Below are positions 1 to 7,439 of a stretch of DNA of 39,825 nucleotides, one piece after another. The DNA lies in sequence record MH031343. One strand, written 5' to 3'. The stretch is from Escherichia phage vB_EcoP_S523. Within the stretch, counting starts at the first letter, position 1. The number at the start of each line of letters is the position of its first letter. The notes under the pieces are model-generated. The model saw only the letters and a program-made list of their open reading frames with translations. It searched no databases and was not told the DNA's origin. Made by a program: the position numbers and the translations under genes.

Positions 1-19
1 ATGACCTTTAGTTTAACTC

Positions 20-42
20 TTTCGCAATAGTGAGTCGTATTA
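20..42 (-). promoter_or_regulatory. phage RNAP promoter (phi1.3-like), TAATACGACTCACTATTGCGAAA
   Basis: Promoter core downstream of gene 1.2, upstream (across the window wrap) of ligase gene 1.3. Confidence 0.7.
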
Positions 43-312
43 CTTCCAGTGCTTCAGGTCTGCGTGTACCTTGCGGAGCCACTCAGTCTGTGCATTGCAG
101 CGAACGTCTGCGTCGTCTTGTTCGAAACGCTCAGAGGTTAACACTACGCCATTCCGCAAGACCACTCGAAGAGTCTCACCGGATACCCAGCGCATCCTAG
201 CATAGTTATTATAGCGGAAAGTCTCAGTGACCACACGGACATCATGGTCTTCTTTGAGTCGTTCGATAGCGTCTTTGTATGCTATTAAGTTACCACTGTA
301 TAAGCGACCCAT
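40..312 (-). CDS. gene 1.2-like protein (T7 gp1.2 is a host dGTPase inhibitor), 90 aa
   Basis: ORF starts MGRLYSGNL and ends HWK, like recalled T7 gp1.2; sits between gene 1.1 and the promoter preceding ligase; ATG at 310-312 with GGAGG upstream. Confidence 0.6.
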   Translation of the reverse strand: MGRLYSGNLIAYKDAIERLKEDHDVRVVTETFRYNNYARMRWVSGETLRVVLRNGVVLTSERFEQDDADVRCNAQTEWLRKVHADLKHWK

Positions 313-461
313 TAGAGTGCCTCCTTCCAGTTGCGTTTCTCAGAGTTGCCACGCTGTGTCTTGTGGCGTTTCTTCATGCGGTCTTTACGTTCCTGCCATT
401 CAGTACCGTGTTCATTGATTACGTTGTTGCGCTTAGTGGTTGGTTCAAAGTTGGTACGCAT
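312..461 (-). CDS. gene 1.1-like small basic protein, 49 aa
   Basis: Hand-translated minus-strand ORF MRTNFEPTTKRNNVINEHGTEWQERKDRMKKRHKTQRGNSEKRNWKEAL; AAGGA RBS; stop overlaps gene 1.2 start as TAATG; position matches T7 gene 1.1. Confidence 0.45.
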   Translation of the reverse strand: MRTNFEPTTKRNNVINEHGTEWQERKDRMKKRHKTQRGNSEKRNWKEAL

Positions 462-543
462 AATGTTGTTTCCTTCTGTGTAGTTAATGACAGTTAATCA
501 TGAAGGCCACCAAATGTGATGACCTTGAGTTTAACTTTCAGTG

Positions 544-566
544 TTTCCCATTAGTGAGTCGTATTG
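544..566 (-). promoter_or_regulatory. phage RNAP promoter (phi1.1B-like), CAATACGACTCACTAATGGGAAA
   Basis: Promoter core overlapping the stop codon of the 185-aa ORF, upstream of gene 1.1. Confidence 0.75.
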
Positions 567-1108
567 TCTGCAACCTTACGTGCAATCTCAATGCGACCCG
601 CTACATCTTTCTTATAATAGGTGAACTCTTTGCGCTCACCGTCAGTGCACGTCTGTGTCAGCAGGTAGCGGTCGGCTTGTTCAACCCAATGTAGACATGT
701 GACTTGCTTACCACATGAGCCGAGACCCAGCTTGAACTCAGTGCGCTTCCATCCAGCATCCGGGATGTGAGCAGTAAACTTGATAGACGTGATGTCACTG
801 TGTGTATACTCACGGATAATCTTCTTGGCTTCTTTAAGTTCCTTGCGGTACTCCACTGCCTCAGCGCGTAGACGCTCAATGAGTTCTCGTTGGTTCGACA
901 TGTCATATTGTTGTTCGAACTCTAAGGTACGGATTCGACCAGCTAGTTCCTGCTTATCTCGCCATCCATCTTCAAGTCTCTCTTTGAGTGCATGAGAGTT
1001 CTTCTCTTCTTTGATTAGCTTAGTGAGAAATACCTTTGAACGATTATAGTATGTTGCTGCAAGAATGGTTGATACGAGAGCGCCTACTGAAGTGATTAAA
1101 GTAAACAT
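551..1108 (-). CDS. hypothetical membrane-anchored protein, 185 aa (N-terminal TM helix, charged coiled-coil, Cys-containing C-terminal domain)
   Basis: ORF with ATG at 1106-1108 preceded by AAGAGGAAA RBS; hydrophobic N-terminus MFTLITSVGALVSTILAATYY; flanked by two phage promoters; no counterpart on the canonical T7 map between genes 1 and 1.1. Confidence 0.6.
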   Translation of the reverse strand: MFTLITSVGALVSTILAATYYNRSKVFLTKLIKEEKNSHALKERLEDGWRDKQELAGRIRTLEFEQQYDMSNQRELIERLRAEAVEYRKELKEAKKIIREYTHSDITSIKFTAHIPDAGWKRTEFKLGLGSCGKQVTCLHWVEQADRYLLTQTCTDGERKEFTYYKKDVAGRIEIARKVADNTTH

Positions 1109-1168
1109 GATTGTGTTTCCTCTTAAAGTTAGAACTTAAAGTTATCTTAAAGTTTAGGAAGCCCGAAG

Positions 1169-1191
1169 GCTCCCAATAGTGAGTCGTATTA
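1169..1191 (-). promoter_or_regulatory. phage RNAP promoter (phi1.1A-like), TAATACGACTCACTATTGGGAGC
   Basis: Promoter core immediately after the RNAP gene stop; transcript would begin GGGAGCCUUCGGGCUUCC (UUCG tetraloop hairpin). Confidence 0.8.
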
Positions 1192-1198
1192 GATTCCG

Positions 1199-3850
1199 TT
1201 AGGCAAACGCAAAGTCTGACTTAAGGATTTCTTGCAGGTCCAGAGAGCCTTTAGCTGGCATCTCAGGCATCTTATCAAGCTGTGTCTCGTGCAACTGGTC
1301 AGCAAATTGCTCATAGAAGTCTGCAAGTACATCGTTCTCTTCGTAAGTGTTGACCATCGTTTCACGCACTGCTTTAAACAGGTTGCCAGCAGCAGCCGGG
1401 ATAGTGCCAAAGGAGTCATGAATCAGTGCGAAGGATTCCACACCGTAGACCTCATTGGAGCGCACTACAGTCATTCTCAGGTGGCTTCCATCCATTGAGT
1501 GGACAAAGTTAGGTGCGATGCCTGACTCCTGTTTACGAGCGTCAATCCCGCTATCTTTGTTGGTGTTCACGGTAGGCTGTAGACGAATCTGGCCTAAGAA
1601 CATCAGGTTCAAGCGGGTCTGTACTGGCTTCTTATATTCCTGCCAGACCGGGAAGCCATCAGGAGTAACCCAATGTACCGCACAGCGCTTACGGAGGACT
1701 TCTTTAGTCTTTTTGTCCTTGACTTCAGCAGCCAGAAGTTTAGCAGCAGACTTCAACCAGTTCATCGCTTCAACCGCTGCGACAACTGTGACCGTTACCG
1801 ATTCCCAAATCAGTTTAGCCATGTAGCCAGCCGCTTGGTTCGGTTGAGTGAACATCAAGCCCTTGCCATCGTCGATAGCTGGCTGAATGGTGTCCTCAAG
1901 AACTTGGTCACGGAATCCGTACTCTTTGGAACCATAAGCCAACGTCATGACCGAACGCTTAGTGACCTTGCGAGTCACACCATAGGCCAGCCACTGACCA
2001 GCTAACTCTTTCGTTCCCAGCTTGAGCTTCTCAGTGATTTCACCAGTGTCCTTGTTTGTCACGGTTTCCACTTCGTTATCAGTGCCGTTGACTACCGCTT
2101 CGCGGAGCATCTCGTTCACACGTTCCGCAACGATTCGGTAGATGTCCTGTACTTCCTTGCTCGGCAGCAGGTTAACCGCACGACCACCAACCTCATCACG
2201 GAGCATCGCGGAGAAGTGCTGAATACCGGAGCAGCTACCATCGAACGCCAGCGGAAGAGAGCAGTTGTAGTTCATCCCGTGGTGTTGCACACCTGCATAC
2301 TCAAAGCAGAATGCGAGGAAGCAGAACGGAGAGTCTTGCTCGGCCCACCAAGTGTTAGCAATCGGGTCAGCCGCAACGCTCATGATGTTCTCATGGTTGT
2401 CATCAATGAACTTGATGCGTTCTGCAAAGTCCACCTTGTCCACGCCAGCAGTGTTAGCACCGTGAATCTTCAGCCAGTAATACCCATCGACACCGATTGG
2501 TTTACCTTTAGCGAGCGTTAACAGACCCTTGGTCATGTCGTTGCCCTGCGGGTTGAACATCGGGACCGCGTACACACGACCGCGCCAGTCCATATTCATC
2601 GGGAACCAGATAGCTTTAAACTGTGCGAACTTATTGGCCTGACCTAACATGAACTCCATGCTCATGCGGCGTGACACTCGTGCCTTCTCTTTGCGGTAGA
2701 TTGCGGAGGCCGCTTTCTTCCATGCTTTGAGTGATGCCTCGTTGGTGTCGATGTCATCAGGTTTGACCGGGAGTTCTCCACGTTCCAGAGCGGGTACATC
2801 TTCAACCGGGCAATGCTTCCAGTTCACAATCTCGTTGACCACTGCCAGAACCTTCTTGTTAATCTTCCAAGGAGTATTCTGTGCGATGTTCACCGCCTTG
2901 TAGACTTCAGGCATATACACATCGTTGTAACGCTCAAGTCCCTTCTTGCTACCAGTGCGAACCAGAGAGAGAGGCTTGCGACCCGCAGCCCAATAGCCAC
3001 CACCGACCGGAGAAGTCCAAGGCTTCGGAGGGACCACGCAAGGCTGATACATCGGAGCGATTGCAGCCAGAGCGCCAGCACGTTTGGATAGCAGGTCTAC
3101 ATATTGTTCTGTTAACTGGATGTACTCGCCATCCTTCTCGATGTTCCCAGCGAACGGGCGGTGTAACTCAACGAGACCAGTAGACCCGATGAGCAGTTCC
3201 AACATGCGCACACCAACGTGAATTGATTCTTCAGGTGTCCATGTAGTCCACTTGGTTTGCAGTTGACCAGCATCAAGCATCTTGCCCTCTACGGCTTGCA
3301 TGAATGCTTTCTTGTAGACGATACCAACGCGCTTGTTCAGTGCCTCCTGTACGTGATTCTTAAAGTGCTTCGCTTCTTCGTCACGGATGCGACCAAAACG
3401 CAGTTCATCCTCAATACTGCGACCAATCTTAGTGGCGACCGATTGCAGGTTGGTGAACTCTTCTTTCGTCAAGCAAGCGAGTGTGACCTTAAGTGTGATG
3501 AATGCAGCAGCTTCAGGTGCAACCTTCTGTACCAGATTGTAGGCTACTGGACGCTTACCACGCTTCGCTTCCACTTCAGTGAACCAAGTGTTCCACGCCT
3601 CGATGAACTTTGGTGCGAGGGATGACAGGAGCGGTTTAGCTACTGCGTTATCACCGAACTCACCCGCTTTGATTTGACGTTCCATTGCCTTTAAGAAACG
3701 TTTCTCACCCTCGGTGTGCGCCTCGTGTTCCAACTCAAGCTGCGTAGCTGCAAGCTGTGCGCCGTAATGGTCAGCCAGAATGTTGTACGGCTGGATTGCA
3801 TTAGCGATGTCAGAGAAGTCATTCTTTGGTGCGTTGATTACGTTAGTCAT
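1199..3850 (-). CDS. single-subunit DNA-directed RNA polymerase (T7 gp1 family), 883 aa
   Basis: Same length as T7 RNAP; conserved motifs (DGSCSGIQHFSAMLRDEVGG, palm/fingers, C-terminal FAFA); position after kinase gene 0.7. Confidence 0.97.
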   Translation of the reverse strand: MTNVINAPKNDFSDIANAIQPYNILADHYGAQLAATQLELEHEAHTEGEKRFLKAMERQIKAGEFGDNAVAKPLLSSLAPKFIEAWNTWFTEVEAKRGKRPVAYNLVQKVAPEAAAFITLKVTLACLTKEEFTNLQSVATKIGRSIEDELRFGRIRDEEAKHFKNHVQEALNKRVGIVYKKAFMQAVEGKMLDAGQLQTKWTTWTPEESIHVGVRMLELLIGSTGLVELHRPFAGNIEKDGEYIQLTEQYVDLLSKRAGALAAIAPMYQPCVVPPKPWTSPVGGGYWAAGRKPLSLVRTGSKKGLERYNDVYMPEVYKAVNIAQNTPWKINKKVLAVVNEIVNWKHCPVEDVPALERGELPVKPDDIDTNEASLKAWKKAASAIYRKEKARVSRRMSMEFMLGQANKFAQFKAIWFPMNMDWRGRVYAVPMFNPQGNDMTKGLLTLAKGKPIGVDGYYWLKIHGANTAGVDKVDFAERIKFIDDNHENIMSVAADPIANTWWAEQDSPFCFLAFCFEYAGVQHHGMNYNCSLPLAFDGSCSGIQHFSAMLRDEVGGRAVNLLPSKEVQDIYRIVAERVNEMLREAVVNGTDNEVETVTNKDTGEITEKLKLGTKELAGQWLAYGVTRKVTKRSVMTLAYGSKEYGFRDQVLEDTIQPAIDDGKGLMFTQPNQAAGYMAKLIWESVTVTVVAAVEAMNWLKSAAKLLAAEVKDKKTKEVLRKRCAVHWVTPDGFPVWQEYKKPVQTRLNLMFLGQIRLQPTVNTNKDSGIDARKQESGIAPNFVHSMDGSHLRMTVVRSNEVYGVESFALIHDSFGTIPAAAGNLFKAVRETMVNTYEENDVLADFYEQFADQLHETQLDKMPEMPAKGSLDLQEILKSDFAFA

Positions 3851-3923
3851 TGTTGCCTCACGTTGTTAAGAAAGTTTATCTATAAAGGCCAGCAGTCAGT
3901 GCCGACCTTGAAGATACACCTTA

Positions 3924-5027
3924 TCAGCCTTGCAGTTGTGCGTCAAGTAACTTGTCAATGTTCAGAGGTAGACCCGCTTGGATTGCTAGGCGGTCCCCTA
4001 GTTGCCACTTGAGGCCGTTCACTTGTTCAACCTTGCGGAACGTTGCGTTACCATTATGCAACCATGCGTAATGCCATGCAGACCCCATGAACATCTCGGC
4101 ACGGCGTTCATTTCGGTCAATAGCTCTACGCTCAAGACGCCCTTTGACAAACTGTTGCATTCCTTCCGCTGCATGTTTAGCACGTAACTTACGGTTACGC
4201 TTACGGCGTTTCATTGCTGCCTTGCGGTTAACCTGAAAGGTTCCGTTAGGGTCACACTTAGCCTTACGATTGCGGCACCGTTCAATGATGCGCTCGTTAG
4301 CTATCGCCTCGACCTCGGCAATCAGTGCTTCAGGGTCCAGAGGGAAACCGTCCTCACGTTCACGGTCATGAGAGAAACTAACCGGGTCAGTGATGTAAGC
4401 CACATCGTTCTCATCGAACATGATGTTCCCACTGTGCATGTCGAAAGATGCAATACCGTGGAAGAACTCACGAATCATCTTGCATGTCTCAATGAACTCC
4501 TTGCTAACATACTGTGCGTACCAATCGGCATCGCCTCCAGAGCACTCAATGAACTCCTGCGCAGCACTTGCATACTTTGCGTGCACATCGTTAGCGTAGC
4601 GGTCACAGCTTTGTAAGCGGTCCAGTACGACCGTATAGCAACCTGCATGTCGTGCTACGTGATAGACGTTAGGGATACCCGCTCGGCCTTGGTGCATCCT
4701 ACAGAACGCAGTGTACGCAGCGCCTGAATCCTCTTTCTTAAAGCCAACCTTGATGACTCGGCCCGGTAACAGTTCATGTGAGTAGGCCGCACTAAAGTGA
4801 CCATTACCCAACATGCGGAAACCTGCATCACGCATTAGTGCACCCAAGGTGTGCCAATAGTCCTGATACTCAAGACCCTGCGACCCATCTGTGTCGTTGC
4901 CATCGCTTGTCTCACCGTTCACGATGTCAGCAGCCAGTGCAACCAGAAGAGGCTGGCGCTTGTCCAGTTCACTAATCGGGAGTGACTTGATGATTGCCAG
5001 ACGTGCCTGAATGTCGGTGTAGTTCAT
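3924..5027 (-). CDS. gp0.7-like serine/threonine protein kinase / host transcription shut-off protein, 367 aa
   Basis: Kinase core resembling T7 gp0.7 (GNGHFSAAYSHELLPGRVIKVGFKKEDSGAAYTAFCRM, FDMHSGNIMF); located between gene 0.3 and gene 1. Confidence 0.85.
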   Translation of the reverse strand: MNYTDIQARLAIIKSLPISELDKRQPLLVALAADIVNGETSDGNDTDGSQGLEYQDYWHTLGALMRDAGFRMLGNGHFSAAYSHELLPGRVIKVGFKKEDSGAAYTAFCRMHQGRAGIPNVYHVARHAGCYTVVLDRLQSCDRYANDVHAKYASAAQEFIECSGGDADWYAQYVSKEFIETCKMIREFFHGIASFDMHSGNIMFDENDVAYITDPVSFSHDREREDGFPLDPEALIAEVEAIANERIIERCRNRKAKCDPNGTFQVNRKAAMKRRKRNRKLRAKHAAEGMQQFVKGRLERRAIDRNERRAEMFMGSAWHYAWLHNGNATFRKVEQVNGLKWQLGDRLAIQAGLPLNIDKLLDAQLQG

Positions 5028-5131
5028 TAGATTGTGTCCTTTAAGAGAGAAGATTGTGAGAGTGTTATTTCATGAAGATAATACAGAGCGTAGGCCATAC
5101 AACGAAGACCATGTAGAAGCCGAAATTGCGT

Positions 5132-5329
5132 TTAATGTGTTGCAACATAGAAGATACCAACCTTGTTAGCCTTAAAGCGCCCGTTGCGTTCACGGACTGT
5201 GAATCGTGGTAGAAAGCCATACTTCAGGTGCGAGAAGTTAGCCTTGTGTACCTTGAGACCCGTTGTGAAGTCTCGAAGGAAGTACGCCCCAATCAGAGCG
5301 TACACCGTGATTACAAAGAGTGCGACCAT
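5132..5329 (-). CDS. small hydrophobic early protein (gene 0.4-0.6 region), 65 aa
   Basis: ORF immediately downstream of gene 0.3 with hydrophobic N-terminus; weak RBS; function unknown. Confidence 0.35.
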   Translation of the reverse strand: MVALFVITVYALIGAYFLRDFTTGLKVHKANFSHLKYGFLPRFTVRERNGRFKANKVGIFYVATH

Positions 5330-5330
5330 G

Positions 5331-5789
5331 TTATGCTACCTGCCAGTATTTGCCGAACTCATCGACCGTGAAGCAGCCTTGGATTGGTGCACCTTTAGGG
5401 ATGCGCTGGAAACTACCCGACAAACGTTCAGCCTTATAGCCGTCAATGCCTTTAGCGTACACTAAGCCAGCCGTGTGAGTCTGTGACTTATAGACCAGTA
5501 CGCAATCTTGTTCCCACTCATTACAGGCCAGTCGTGCGACATTAAGAACCTGTGCCTTGTCTTTACAACGTACACGGATTGTTTTCTCTTCAGTCGGTGC
5601 ACTTGAGATGGCTTCGCGGTAACAGCCAGTTAAATCGGTAGACTCAACGCTACCATAAAGACCCGGTGCGTTGCGCAGGTTGTTAACCATGTGGCGGTGG
5701 CGACTCATGTTGACCTCATCGTCGAGGTTAGAACGGAATGCGCTTACCAGTACATAGAAAACATTAGCTTGCTCTTTAGTGTGAATCAT
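5331..5789 (-). CDS. gene 0.3 S-adenosylmethionine lyase (T3-type SAMase, anti-restriction), 152 aa
   Basis: First gene downstream of the early promoters; ATG at 5787-5789 with AAGGA RBS gives 152 aa; not acidic like T7 Ocr; resembles recalled T3 SAMase (ANVFYVLVSAFRSNL, CNEWEQDCVLVYKSQTHTAGLVYAKGIDGYKAERL). Confidence 0.65.
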   Translation of the reverse strand: MIHTKEQANVFYVLVSAFRSNLDDEVNMSRHRHMVNNLRNAPGLYGSVESTDLTGCYREAISSAPTEEKTIRVRCKDKAQVLNVARLACNEWEQDCVLVYKSQTHTAGLVYAKGIDGYKAERLSGSFQRIPKGAPIQGCFTVDEFGKYWQVA

Positions 5790-5973
5790 GATGATTTCCT
5801 TAGTTGCAGTGATTATCATAAAGGCTTCTCTTTCGAGTCACCTTGAGTTAATCGCTGTTGTCGTCGTCATCTCAAGAGTGCTTATTGTCCAAATTGTTAA
5901 AGAGCTTTAAGTGCAGGTTTGTTAGCACCGAGTCACTTTCAGTGTGTGACCTCACAAGAACGCTATGTCGTAC

Positions 5974-6003
5974 ATCTTACATCTTGTTGCTACTGCATGT
6001 CAA
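5974..6003 (-). promoter_or_regulatory. sigma-70-type early promoter, TTGACA-N18-TAAGAT
   Basis: Minus-strand -35 TTGACA (6003..5998) and -10 TAAGAT (5979..5974); same hexamers as recalled T7 A2. Confidence 0.6.
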
Positions 6004-6068
6004 CCACTTTGTTTCTCACCGTGACACCTCATGGTGTTTCAGAGGGCGACCAGTTGTTGACGACTGCT

Positions 6069-6097
6069 ATACTACGTTATTGCTTTCGTTGAGTCAA
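6069..6097 (-). promoter_or_regulatory. sigma-70-type early promoter, TTGACT-N17-TAGTAT
   Basis: Minus-strand -35 TTGACT (6097..6092), 17-nt spacer, -10 TAGTAT (6074..6069). Confidence 0.6.
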
Positions 6098-6204
6098 CCA
6101 CTTTCGTATGTCTGGTTGATGACTACTTGAGACCCTTCAGCCTTACCAGATAACTCTAGGTCTTGTCTGGTAGTTGGTAGCGTTGTGTCTCTCAACTGGT
6201 AGCC

Positions 6205-6233
6205 ATTAGAACATAGTTGTTTCTTAGAGTCAA
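6205..6233 (-). promoter_or_regulatory. sigma-70-type early promoter, TTGACT-N17-TCTAAT
   Basis: Minus-strand -35 TTGACT (6233..6228), 17-nt spacer, -10 TCTAAT (6210..6205); upstream-most of three. Confidence 0.5.
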
Positions 6234-6319
6234 CCCCTTAGTTAGACTTTAAGTTATCTTTAAGTGGTCTTTAAGTTAGCACTATAAGGAAGGGATTAGT
6301 AATAAGACTATAAACAACC

Positions 6320-6342
6320 ATTCTCAATAGTGAGTCGTATAA
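6320..6342 (-). promoter_or_regulatory. phage RNAP promoter (phiOL-like, left end), TTATACGACTCACTATTGAGAAT
   Basis: Match to T7 promoter core ACGACTCACTAT on minus strand, upstream of the host-type early promoters. Confidence 0.55.
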
Positions 6343-6479
6343 AGGCTATTGACTATAAGCCAGCTTTAAGGCACTATAAGCACTCAGTCAATTCTACTTG
6401 TCTCTCTCATTACTCAGAGACTGCTAAACAGAGTAAGATAGTGATTCTCTTAGTGACGTAGCCTACTGGTCACTGATAA

Positions 6480-6930
6480 ACATAAGGCACCGACTGAAGG
6501 TTAACATAAGGATAGCCAGCCATAAGGATAGACATAAGGTGTTAACTCTAAGAGGTCATAAGGTGTTAACTCTAGGGTCACTTACAGATAGGGACACAGA
6601 GAGGTCCACATATAGTATCATTAAGTCACTCTAAGCCCTATATCTAGTGGTAACACCTAGAGTTAACCCAATGTCACACATAAGGATTGACATTAAGTAA
6701 ACCATAAGTTACCATAGGGGCGCTCTCTTTGAGTGGACTGAAGGAGGCCATAGGGGGGGAAACACTTTGTATGAACTATGAGATACCCTCTCAGATTTTT
6801 CTGTAGGATTCTTAAAGGGGGTACATCAAGTCTCATAAGGTTAACCACAGAGGCTCTATCATAAGGTGAGACTACGTGAGAGACCCTAAGAGACCCTGTA
6901 GACCATAGAGAGTGGTACATAAGGGGTTAC
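6480..6930. repeat. terminal-region short repeat array (about 12 copies of CATAAGG-like motif; minus-strand CCTTATG) spanning the inferred concatemer junction
   Basis: Recurrent cataagg / ccatagg / tcataaggtgttaactcta motifs between phiOL and gene 19.5; analogous to the CCTAAAG repeats of the T7 left end. Confidence 0.55.
6771..6783 (-). other. inferred mature genome left end (minus strand begins TCTCATAGTTCAT...); terminal repeat collapsed to one copy
   Basis: Reverse complement of 6771..6783 is TCTCATAGTTCAT, followed by CCCCCCC-TATGG; resembles the recalled T7/T3 genome start TCTCA(C/T)AG... and lies between the last late gene and phiOL. Confidence 0.4.
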
Positions 6931-7016
6931 TCTTAGAGTTGACTTCTTACAGTGATTATAGGGAAGATGTATATCGACCATAATCACTAAGAGCGCACTA
7001 AGCGCCGATGAGCAGT

Positions 7017-7172
7017 CTAAGGAACACAAGTGAGTAGAGAACAAAGCAGAGTCTCCAGTTCACCGATGTGTTCAGCACTAGATGCGAGACCAATGGAAGC
7101 AGCAAGTACAACGAGAAATTTGTAAGTCACTCGATGCGTTGCCAGTGTCTTGAGCACGGATAGTAAGCGCAT
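7017..7172 (-). CDS. gene 19.5-like small protein, 51 aa
   Basis: Hand-translated ORF MRLLSVLKTLATHRVTYKFLVVLAASIGLASSAEHIGELETLLCSLLTCVP with AAGGAGG RBS; resembles recalled T7 gp19.5 (HRVTY.FLVVL); downstream of phiOR. Confidence 0.5.
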   Translation of the reverse strand: MRLLSVLKTLATHRVTYKFLVVLAASIGLASSAEHIGELETLLCSLLTCVP

Positions 7173-7329
7173 AGAGCGTCCTCCTTGTTATACTTGATGG
7201 TTGCACTGTTAGTAGGGATGTAATTACTATTACCATCATCCCTCACTGTAAGGGTCTCTAAGAGTTAGTCACTAAGTATGCACTTTGCATATGCAGTCTT
7301 TAAGTGTCTTTAAGTTGTCTTAGGGTGCC

Positions 7330-7352
7330 CTTCCCAATAGTGAGTCGTATTA
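7330..7352 (-). promoter_or_regulatory. phage RNAP promoter (phiOR-like, right end), TAATACGACTCACTATTGGGAAG
   Basis: Strong promoter match located after terminase gene 19, directing transcription across the genome junction. Confidence 0.75.
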
Positions 7353-7439
7353 ATTTCTTCATGTATATCAGTAAGTTACTCAACGGTAACGTAGCGGTAC
7401 TAAGTGCTTACCTATGCACCTTTCCCGCATACTTATCTA

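Noticed and set aside
6480-6930. Short-repeat array considered as a CRISPR array
   Set aside because: Repeat units are about 7 nt with irregular spacing and no 28-37-nt repeats, uniform spacers or cas genes; the position matches phage terminal-repeat-adjacent motifs.
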